The notes under the pieces: model-generated
What the model saw: the letters and a program-made list of their open reading frames with translations, nothing else
Told to the model about the DNA's origin: nothing
Database searches by the model: none
Virus record (IMG/VR): IMGVR_UViG_3300031885_000006
Coordinates: 1 to 64,000 of that record
DNA: 64,000 nt
From: a virus
Strand: one strand, 5' to 3'
Made by a program: the position numbers and the translations under genes
In this document: in pieces, positions 48,810 through 56,796 of the stretch
Position numbering within the stretch: position 1 is the first letter of the stretch
How the letters are laid out: every line of letters begins with the position of its first letter

Positions 48810-49088
48810 TTACTCTTCTACACAAAGTGCCTTTACAATTGCCTCTATCTTAGAATTAAGGAATTGACGTAATTCACCTTCGTCGCCCTTTAAATGGGCA
48901 GGAACATCAATAATTACGTGAATTTCCTCGCCGTCATTTACGAGTAGACTTAAATGCTTTTCAACTAAATCTCTAATCAAATGAGATACCGAACAACCCG
49001 CCTTTTTTGCAGATGCTTTTAGCAAATCTTGCATATCAGGTTCAATCGACAAACTCATTATTTTTAGTTTTGTTTTATTCTCGCTCAT
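48810..49088 (-). CDS. ribbon-helix-helix DNA-binding protein
   Basis: IMSLSI..LLK..AKK.G.SVSHLIR. Confidence 0.65.
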   Translation of the reverse strand: MSENKTKLKIMSLSIEPDMQDLLKASAKKAGCSVSHLIRDLVEKHLSLLVNDGEEIHVIIDVPAHLKGDEGELRQFLNSKIEAIVKALCVEE

Positions 49089-49103
49089 TTTATAACATTT
49101 CTA

Positions 49104-49358
49104 TTAACCGAAATGCTCCCTTAGACGTGTTTTTAGTTGTTCTTTTTTACGTAGTAAATCTGCCGCTCGATCTTTTCTACGCCTTTTCTGTGTCTTGCTC
49201 TCAAAAGTCTGTCTTTCTTTATATTGAGTTAAAATACCAGAATCGTTGACATGCTTCTTAAATGTCGCAAATAGGAATTTAAAAGAACGATCTCTTTCTT
49301 CCCAAGACGCATTTGGCGGTAAGGACTTAGCCGTTACCCTTATTCTAGTTACAGACAT
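49104..49358 (-). CDS. rpsU: ribosomal protein bS21-like
   Basis: FKK.V..SGIL..YKERQ.FE.K..KRRRK. Confidence 0.75.
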   Translation of the reverse strand: MSVTRIRVTAKSLPPNASWEERDRSFKFLFATFKKHVNDSGILTQYKERQTFESKTQKRRRKDRAADLLRKKEQLKTRLREHFG

Positions 49359-49380
49359 TATAAACCATCCTTATTATTTA

Positions 49381-50547
49381 TTAATATTTAGGCACTTTTA
49401 TGAAGTGGGTTCCAAGTTTTTTGCGTTTAATCTCTCTAACTCTGCTATATGGCACTATTTCATACGATTCAGAGGGCGATGGCCAGTTGTCTCGACTGCT
49501 ATCGCCTAATAAAGACATTAGTCTAATCATTATACTATCAAATATTGCTAAATTCCAGCTTGATTTATGACTTTCTTCCAATATTGAAGGAAATAAATAC
49601 AAATATTCTCTCGGCAAGCCATTTCCACACAAATCATCTATCTCATATTCCTTTAAATTATTATAAATCATCCGCTCCTGACAAGAAATATAAGGACAAC
49701 GAGCGGCTATAGCAAGTCTAGATATACCGGAAAATACATCCAATACGCAACCTACCGTCCGCATTGCCGACATTAAGCTAGAAACGCTCAAATTCGACAA
49801 ATAAACGCATTTTTCTAAAAAATCAGGTGAAACATCAAATGTGTTGTAATTTTGGTAAATAACGGGCAAATAACCATCTTTAAGCACCCTTTCTATCAAA
49901 TTAATCCAAAATACTTTAGATGCCTCTTCGGATCTCAATTTTCCGTTTTTCCAGCTTTGCACATACATCGAAGGATAAATAAATATTTTGTTGCCAGGAG
50001 CCAACATCCTTCTATTAAAATCATTGCCCAATACATTTGATGATGGAATTGATGGCAAAAACCTCTTTATATTTTTAAACCTTTCTTGATACTCTTTGGT
50101 AAACCCATTATTGTAAAATGGCTCCAAAGCAGACCAATCCAACACTTCTTCAAAAAAAGAATTTAATATTCTCTGACAACCTAACACCACGTCATGACGA
50201 TTAGAAAAACAACTGGCATGATTGTAAATTGATCGCAAATGACTTGCATCTTTAAGCATTTCTGGATTCAAATCCCAATATTCGTCAACATATGGGAACA
50301 AACCTTCGTTTCCAGGCCATGACGCCAAAATAAAATATTTTGAACCCCTGGCCTCTTCTCTAAACTTTCTCAAAAGCAAAGAAGATAAAGTAAACGTAGA
50401 TCGAATATCACCAAAAAACAACAATATAGTCACATTGGAAATTGTTGTCGGCACCGACTTTTCCGAATATCTAGCTCTGATGAAACCAGCTTTATCCGCA
50501 GCACGCTTCAAATTTTGCGTAACAGGTATAGCATCCAAATCAACCAC
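49381..50547 (-). CDS. GT9-like glycosyltransferase
   Basis: GD at N-terminus; YVDE; DxxSGxxxLAxA C-terminal motif. Confidence 0.55.
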   Translation of the reverse strand: MVDLDAIPVTQNLKRAADKAGFIRARYSEKSVPTTISNVTILLFFGDIRSTFTLSSLLLRKFREEARGSKYFILASWPGNEGLFPYVDEYWDLNPEMLKDASHLRSIYNHASCFSNRHDVVLGCQRILNSFFEEVLDWSALEPFYNNGFTKEYQERFKNIKRFLPSIPSSNVLGNDFNRRMLAPGNKIFIYPSMYVQSWKNGKLRSEEASKVFWINLIERVLKDGYLPVIYQNYNTFDVSPDFLEKCVYLSNLSVSSLMSAMRTVGCVLDVFSGISRLAIAARCPYISCQERMIYNNLKEYEIDDLCGNGLPREYLYLFPSILEESHKSSWNLAIFDSIMIRLMSLLGDSSRDNWPSPSESYEIVPYSRVREIKRKKLGTHFIKVPKY

Positions 50548-51712
50548 CTATCCGAGCAGAATTATCCCGCTGCATATCCTGAGCGGCAATCTGACTCTCT
50601 AACAATCCAAAAACAACCTCGAAATTACCAGCCTCAACCTCAACCACACATTTATCCAATAAATTCAACCCAGCCAAATTGTCATTATAGACATTTAAAA
50701 AATGAGATATAACCAACTTCTTCGGACTGAAATCGCAAAGATTTAATCGATACCCCTCTTGACCATTACCCCAGATCTGATCCGGCGTCTCAAAAATGAT
50801 ATATGGCGTGCCCATCATCGCCGCCAACCTAGTGCTTGCAGTCCAAAATTGAACCGTAAACTCCAATTGTTTAACAATCGCCAAAGTTAACTCTAAATCC
50901 TTAGATTCAGGCAACCTAGAAAAATCAACTATATGATCCAAAGGACAAGCTAATGTAGATTGTTTTTCTCCCAACCAAATCGGGGTGTAGCCTTTAGACT
51001 CCAACAATTCAATTAACTTAACATAAAATTCGGGTTGTAGATTTCTACCATAACATGTTCTGCCCCTGGCAAAGACACCAACGGGCTTAACTCCCAAATA
51101 AGTTTTAGCCAAAGCCATCTTCTCTGCACTAGGATTTGGAATCTTGGTTACATTGGCCTTATGATGTTGAACGTCCCCGAATAAAGATTGATTTACATTT
51201 GTACTTTTACACTTAACGCACTCGGCGACCTTTACTATACTGCCCCAGAATGCACCGCAATTGTTGCACTTAACGCCTACAGCTACTTTTCCCAAATCAT
51301 TAGAATTTATAACATGACCAGCAAAATTACTCATTCTTTTTTCAACAAGCTTGATGTTTTTTGATTCATTGTGAAACGCACGAGCATATTCCCTAAGCCA
51401 CATATGCTCCTCTTTAATTTCCCAAAATTCGTCCACCAAATGACGATATAAATATTCTCTGCCGTACCAACCCGCCACGATGATATATTTACCAGGATTC
51501 TCTCGAATGATCTGCGGGATGCAATACATCATCCCAACCGTCTCGCAACCAAACTCAGAGAAGCAACATATGATCAAAATTTGATCTATGTTAGTTGGTT
51601 TGGGCCTATTATTGAACTTAACAATATTAAAATCTAAATTTTTAATAGTTCTTTCTACGGCGATTTCTTTTTTATCACCTGGATTAAAAGACTTTACGCT
51701 CAATAATTTCAT
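50540..51712 (-). CDS. GT9-like glycosyltransferase with zinc-ribbon insertion
   Basis: LVDE; RLAAMMGTP; CNNC..CVKC. Confidence 0.6.
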   Translation of the reverse strand: MKLLSVKSFNPGDKKEIAVERTIKNLDFNIVKFNNRPKPTNIDQILIICCFSEFGCETVGMMYCIPQIIRENPGKYIIVAGWYGREYLYRHLVDEFWEIKEEHMWLREYARAFHNESKNIKLVEKRMSNFAGHVINSNDLGKVAVGVKCNNCGAFWGSIVKVAECVKCKSTNVNQSLFGDVQHHKANVTKIPNPSAEKMALAKTYLGVKPVGVFARGRTCYGRNLQPEFYVKLIELLESKGYTPIWLGEKQSTLACPLDHIVDFSRLPESKDLELTLAIVKQLEFTVQFWTASTRLAAMMGTPYIIFETPDQIWGNGQEGYRLNLCDFSPKKLVISHFLNVYNDNLAGLNLLDKCVVEVEAGNFEVVFGLLESQIAAQDMQRDNSARIGG

Positions 51713-51891
51713 GTATTACCTTTAATTCTAGTCTGTTTGACTATTTTATGACAAGTGGGACACTTAAATTTTCTTGGACCTCCGCAATTACCACACTTCA
51801 CAATTTCATGAAGATCCTTTAAATCTTCAGAAATCCCCGTGCTATAGCGTGTCCAACCACACTTGCATTGCAATAAGAAACGATATTCCAT
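51709..51891 (-). CDS. small zinc-ribbon protein
   Basis: CKCG, CGNC, CPTC. Confidence 0.6.
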   Translation of the reverse strand: MEYRFLLQCKCGWTRYSTGISEDLKDLHEIVKCGNCGGPRKFKCPTCHKIVKQTRIKGNT

Positions 51892-51943
51892 ATCGTTAAG
51901 AGAGAAAGAACTATTAAATAATTCTTAGTGTTTTCGAAAACTA

Positions 51944-52444
51944 TTACCATTCCTTTGGCATTGGATAATTAGCAAAGCAATCCTCGTCGTGATTTGAATC
52001 ATCAAAATAATATCTGAAGTTTTCAGCCGAATCTAAATCCTGATTCCATGTTCGGCCATCCCAAACTTCAATCCCCTGTGAATCGATATTCTTTTGCGTA
52101 TAAAAGCTCCCTGGTGTTTCTCCCAAATCATCTGGCTTCCAAGAGTTACGGTTCAATTTAAACCGTAAAATAATAGGAATATAGCCTTCTTCTAAAGGCT
52201 GATCGGAATGAGTGTAGGCTTGCTCTGCCATTGCATCCAACCAATATTGAACACATTTTGGGTTCGAGCAAAAGAAAACACCCTTGGCAGAATGATATTG
52301 CAAATGAGGCTTGAGCCAAGCAGAAGTACCAGCCCGTGGCATCAATTTAGATGCCGCAATACCTTCCATATTTCTTAGATAGGTAACTTGATAGGCATGA
52401 GGATTCCGCCCCGTGGTATTCATCCATTCGTGAAAGCTTAGCAT
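51944..52444 (-). CDS. putative virion-packaged ADP-ribosyltransferase-like protein
   Basis: YQVT..N..GI....L.P..GVFF; MLSFHEW N-terminus. Confidence 0.45.
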   Translation of the reverse strand: MLSFHEWMNTTGRNPHAYQVTYLRNMEGIAASKLMPRAGTSAWLKPHLQYHSAKGVFFCSNPKCVQYWLDAMAEQAYTHSDQPLEEGYIPIILRFKLNRNSWKPDDLGETPGSFYTQKNIDSQGIEVWDGRTWNQDLDSAENFRYYFDDSNHDEDCFANYPMPKEW

Positions 52445-52463
52445 TCACTATTTAGATGAACGA

Positions 52464-52916
52464 TCATTCTTTTCTCCCAGAAAACGCATTATGGCTGTAA
52501 AATCGAGTTGTGCTACCAATTTCGGCTCGACCCGAAACTGCGCCATGTTTGTCATAAATAGAAGCAATGCTTCCAGAAGTAGCAGTGCGGCCCACAAGAG
52601 CCCCTGCTTTGTAGATTTGATAATTACCACCGCTTCCGTAAGCCCAACCAGTAACGGAACCGCTGCGGTCATAAAAGGTCGTTTTGTTGCCAGCTACTTC
52701 ATACCGTCCAGCAAAGGAATTAGATTCAAATATCTCAATTTTGTTGCCGCTTCTTTTGCTGCGACCTTCAAGACGACCATTCGCATTGTAATAATTGGCT
52801 GTTGATGAACCAAGTAAAATTCTTGCAGGCTCAATGGCAAAACAATTTGCCACCAATACCGCCATCGCAATTACAATGGTGACATAAATGAACACCTTCA
52901 AAAGAAACTTCAACAT
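52464..52916 (-). CDS. secreted beta-repeat protein
   Basis: signal/TM segment; Y(D/N)xxGxxxGR repeats. Confidence 0.6.
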   Translation of the reverse strand: MLKFLLKVFIYVTIVIAMAVLVANCFAIEPARILLGSSTANYYNANGRLEGRSKRSGNKIEIFESNSFAGRYEVAGNKTTFYDRSGSVTGWAYGSGGNYQIYKAGALVGRTATSGSIASIYDKHGAVSGRAEIGSTTRFYSHNAFSGRKE

Positions 52917-52923
52917 AATGACC

Positions 52924-54084
52924 CTATTTCATTAAAATACGATTGATTCTTTTAGTTTCTTTTTCGTTATACAGATCCCAAATTTTGATTTTGGTCTCAT
53001 CATCATCTTCTTCTTCGATACTACCACCAGCTAAAGGATACTTATACGCTCCTTTACCTAGTTTACCACCACCGCAGCCAAATTTACCAGCAAATTCTTT
53101 GCAAAGATCTGGCACCATGATACTGGCATTGCGACTTCGCACGCTGCCCTCTAGCCGGTCGCCTTCCACCATCGCAAAAGCCACGGCTGTATTGACATCT
53201 TCCCAAGCCAACATGGAGTCGGCCATATCGGCAATCATATCCCGATGTTTAGCCGGAATGATACCCAAACCAACAATTCCCAAACCATCATTTACTAAAG
53301 CATTTTTAACCGCTTCGGCCTCATGATCTATCCAGAACTTTGGTTTCTCCCAATGAATAATTTTTTTGATGACATTCAAACTTCGAAACTCAAACAACTC
53401 TGACCATGCGTCAAACTCATATTGAGTAGCATCATCGGACATGAGTGATTCGGTGTCGGTAGAAATGCCCACCATCATACCAGTGGCTATTTTACTATCG
53501 TTATCATTATCGTCTTCAAAGTGAAAGCTTTCTGGTGGTCTGGCAGCATCTTTGACCGCACGCATATTCTGCATGCTTTTTATTAGATGATAGATTGTGC
53601 CACAACAACTGCCAGCTTTAATGTTGATAAACAAACCATTAAATCCACCATTAGGGATTTCTCGATGGTGATCAACAACCAAATCAAATTTGATCAGATG
53701 TGTGCCAACCCCTGCATTCGCAGGAACTGTGTCCACCAAAATGTGAAAGCCATATTCCTCTGGCTTGTATAAATCTATCGTTTTGAGATTGGGATCTAGC
53801 AAATTCACCATTGCTCTATTTTGAGGATGGGAAATTGTGCCGTCGTAGAAAGATTCTGACTCTATACCATATTTCTGCAAGAGCCATTGAATCCCCATAA
53901 TACTACCGATGGCATCGGGATCTGGGGTGGCATGCGTGAACAAAGCTGCTTTGGTATCTTTTTTGGCCTCAAGCAACTTCAAAAAGTTCTTGAAATAGGC
54001 TGCATTCCCAGTATTACGAGGTTCTGAAACCTCTTTTTCGTCTTCCATTTTTTCCTCTATGAACAAAATCGTTTCCGTCCACAA
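52924..54084 (-). CDS. DHH family phosphoesterase (NrnA-like)
   Basis: HxxPDPDA, DHH, DT, SVRS, GGG. Confidence 0.9.
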   Translation of the reverse strand: MWTETILFIEEKMEDEKEVSEPRNTGNAAYFKNFLKLLEAKKDTKAALFTHATPDPDAIGSIMGIQWLLQKYGIESESFYDGTISHPQNRAMVNLLDPNLKTIDLYKPEEYGFHILVDTVPANAGVGTHLIKFDLVVDHHREIPNGGFNGLFINIKAGSCCGTIYHLIKSMQNMRAVKDAARPPESFHFEDDNDNDSKIATGMMVGISTDTESLMSDDATQYEFDAWSELFEFRSLNVIKKIIHWEKPKFWIDHEAEAVKNALVNDGLGIVGLGIIPAKHRDMIADMADSMLAWEDVNTAVAFAMVEGDRLEGSVRSRNASIMVPDLCKEFAGKFGCGGGKLGKGAYKYPLAGGSIEEEDDDETKIKIWDLYNEKETKRINRILMK

Positions 54085-54087
54085 AGC

Positions 54088-54115
54088 ATTATACTACGGA
54101 AAACGACTTTGTAAA
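54088..54115 (-). promoter_or_regulatory. promoter TTTACA-N16-TATAAT
   Basis: recurrent motif. Confidence 0.65.
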
Positions 54116-54122
54116 TCTGTTG

Positions 54123-54557
54123 TTAATCGTAGATCAAATGTTTTTCTCTTAGCCATTTAGCCAAGCTGATTTCTACTTTTTCTCCGTCTGCGTTATCTGT
54201 CGTCAAATACATAGAAACCACCCAAACATTATTCTTGTGCTGCTGAAGAATAATTCTGGGGCTTGTACACTGATTTATGAAAGCCAACACCTTAGCTTTA
54301 GCGTCTGGGGTGGATCTCACATCTAAAATTGCGTGAATCCTTTTATCATCCGCTAAAATTAAATCAAATTCATCTCCCCCAATTACATTGATCTTTTTCA
54401 CGGTAATTGGGTTTTGTGCTTGAATATATGAATTTGCAACGGGATCTGTTGGATGGTGAATTTCGATTTTATGTCTAACAACGGCTACGCCTACGACAAT
54501 CAAGGCGACCAATGTTAGAATCAATAGAATCGAATTTTTATATTTCATTTTTTTCAC
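54123..54557 (-). CDS. membrane-anchored hypothetical protein
   Basis: N-terminal TM segment. Confidence 0.55.
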   Translation of the reverse strand: MKKMKYKNSILLILTLVALIVVGVAVVRHKIEIHHPTDPVANSYIQAQNPITVKKINVIGGDEFDLILADDKRIHAILDVRSTPDAKAKVLAFINQCTSPRIILQQHKNNVWVVSMYLTTDNADGEKVEISLAKWLREKHLIYD

Positions 54558-55122
54558 CAGCGGCTTCGGCCATTACAGATTGCAAGTCATGCAACTCAGG
54601 ACACCACAAGCCATACCTACTGACATTTTTACTGAAAACGCTTAAATCCAAAGGAGCAACCCGCCACTTTGGATTCCCATCGTCATCTAATTTAAACTCA
54701 CTAGTATATTTAATCCGACCCCACTCATCTTTAACAACTATTTTCTTTTTTCCTTCAACTATTGTCTCGGGAACATAATCCGGCTCACAACGAGTTAAAT
54801 GCAGGTCGATAAGAGCTTCCTGTTGATGACTATTTAACACCGAATGCCAAACATCCGAACAGATGGTGATGCAAAAATCCTGTTTTTGCGGCTCTTGAAA
54901 GAGTTTATTAAAAACCGAAAACTTGCTAATTGAGCCCCAATTAAAACGATCTTTAATAAAAGGCTTAGATTCATTGAAAACTACAGCAAAGTGTGCAGTT
55001 TGAAGACGAGGCTCATGATACTTAACTTTGACACTATTAAGTAGATCTACAACATTAGAGGGAGCTTTCCAAGCTAAAGACATAACATATCTCCAAATTG
55101 GAATTTTACAAATTAAAACCAA
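54538..55122 (-). CDS. phage metallopeptidase-like protein, HExxH degenerate
   Basis: DF.I.I..D.W..L...Q.EALID..L..C; D...F...V.RYGLW. Confidence 0.55.
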   Translation of the reverse strand: MVLICKIPIWRYVMSLAWKAPSNVVDLLNSVKVKYHEPRLQTAHFAVVFNESKPFIKDRFNWGSISKFSVFNKLFQEPQKQDFCITICSDVWHSVLNSHQQEALIDLHLTRCEPDYVPETIVEGKKKIVVKDEWGRIKYTSEFKLDDDGNPKWRVAPLDLSVFSKNVSRYGLWCPELHDLQSVMAEAAGEKNEI

Positions 55123-55171
55123 TTAATGCAAGCCCACAAATGAAAAAAGCCGCATTTAGCGGCTTAATTTT

Positions 55172-55771
55172 TTAGTCACCTTGGTGACTTGGTATTCCTT
55201 GGGATAACCCATCACTAATTTCATCAATTTGCTTTTGCAAAGATACAATTTGAGATTCTAGTTTAGCACTTGTATCCGCCAAACCCTCTAAGCCATTAAG
55301 TTTATCCAATAATCCGTGCAATTTAACCTTAAGACTCTCAAGATTTTGCAAATCAGAAATATCGTAAGTTGAGCCTAAAGACACAGGATTTTTAACATCT
55401 TGGTCGATTCCAATAGAACTAGGCTTGATTGGATTAGCAGAACTTGCCATTGCCCGAGCCATTGTTTTTGGGTCAACCTTGACATCCTCCTGCATCAAAT
55501 CACCTTCTAGATGATCATCGTCATACTGATTCCCCAAATCATTTTCATCTGGGGCGTATTCTTTAGATAAACCGTAAAGATTGTTCCAGTACTCGGTATC
55601 CGAAACATTTGCTTTGTCAGAGGATTTATCAGAAGACATGCCAAAGAAATCCGTAAAGCCAGTAGCTGCTGAAGGAGCCGCTGGTTTTTGATCCTTAAAG
55701 GCATCGGTTTTCAAAGCAGCATCCCACTGATCCTGCCATTTTTCAAAGTCATTGTAATCTTGATCATTCAT
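55172..55771 (-). CDS. acidic hypothetical protein with C-terminal coiled coil
   Basis: ORF; TATATA late-type motif upstream. Confidence 0.6.
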   Translation of the reverse strand: MNDQDYNDFEKWQDQWDAALKTDAFKDQKPAAPSAATGFTDFFGMSSDKSSDKANVSDTEYWNNLYGLSKEYAPDENDLGNQYDDDHLEGDLMQEDVKVDPKTMARAMASSANPIKPSSIGIDQDVKNPVSLGSTYDISDLQNLESLKVKLHGLLDKLNGLEGLADTSAKLESQIVSLQKQIDEISDGLSQGIPSHQGD

Positions 55772-55793
55772 AATAAAATATATAGTTTCTTTT

Positions 55794-56399
55794 TTATGGT
55801 TTTACCAACAATTCTTCGACTTTCTTAATATCTGGCTGTTCATGCTTTAAACCATTATAATAGAATTGGTTATACCAACCCGTAATGTTTCCTGTATATC
55901 GGGTATATCCATCTAGAAACCGATAAAAAGCATAAGACGTATCTGTCAAATATGTCCCCTGCTCCACAACATCTGCCAAGTTGTTTTTATTCCTCTTAAA
56001 GTATTTGCCCGCTCTAATCAAAATAGTAAACAAAGATCTTTTCATGGCTCGTTCCATCCACCATTTAGAGGGCCGAACGCAAATCACATCCTCAAATTGT
56101 GTCGGCTCAAATAAGGTTAGGGCTTTTAATTCCAACTTCCTTTCGATAAATTGGATGAAAGCCGCAATATTTTTCTCTTTATTGATTTCATGACAGAACA
56201 AAAATCTATCTTTTTTCTTCGACTTTGAAAGAGTTGAATGAACAGCATCACGACATCGCAACCAACTGTCGATTGTCAGCCGCTGTTTATCATCTTTTGC
56301 TATGGCAAAATAATCAGCTTGTCTTTTGTTGTAATAATATATTTCTTCTTCCACAAACTTAATCTTTTTGTCGCTGTAATTTTTTAAAATAGCGCCCAT
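55794..56399 (-). CDS. hypothetical, paralog of 22216-22836
   Basis: MKRSLFTILIRAG; RFLDGYTR. Confidence 0.7.
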   Translation of the reverse strand: MGAILKNYSDKKIKFVEEEIYYYNKRQADYFAIAKDDKQRLTIDSWLRCRDAVHSTLSKSKKKDRFLFCHEINKEKNIAAFIQFIERKLELKALTLFEPTQFEDVICVRPSKWWMERAMKRSLFTILIRAGKYFKRNKNNLADVVEQGTYLTDTSYAFYRFLDGYTRYTGNITGWYNQFYYNGLKHEQPDIKKVEELLVKP

Positions 56400-56406
56400 C
56401 TTAACC

Positions 56407-56796
56407 TCAAAGATTTAAAAGAGAAATACTTGTCCAGTGCGGATCAGCAGGAATGTTCTGAGGGTCTGTGTAGTAAAACAGTTCGATCTTATATTTGTAA
56501 GGCTTCTCCAAAACTTGCTCTTTTGTCATGCCCCCAACTAAATCTTCTGCTATTTGCTTGGGAACCAAAACGGAATCTATTTCAGAAGCATGCAATAAAT
56601 TTTTCATGATCTGTGATGCAGCCACGCCTTTATTGGGCATATACAACAGATCAATCATTTGCTTCTTTTCATTACTTGCTACAAAATCAGCCATCGCCGA
56701 ATAACACACCATCACCTGCCCTTTTTTTGGCGTATGCAGACGAACATCAAAAAAATGCTGGTCGAAGTTGTCTTTATCTATAACTAATTCTTCCAT
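56407..56796 (-). CDS. hypothetical protein
   Basis: ORF track. Confidence 0.6.
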   Translation of the reverse strand: MEELVIDKDNFDQHFFDVRLHTPKKGQVMVCYSAMADFVASNEKKQMIDLLYMPNKGVAASQIMKNLLHASEIDSVLVPKQIAEDLVGGMTKEQVLEKPYKYKIELFYYTDPQNIPADPHWTSISLLNL

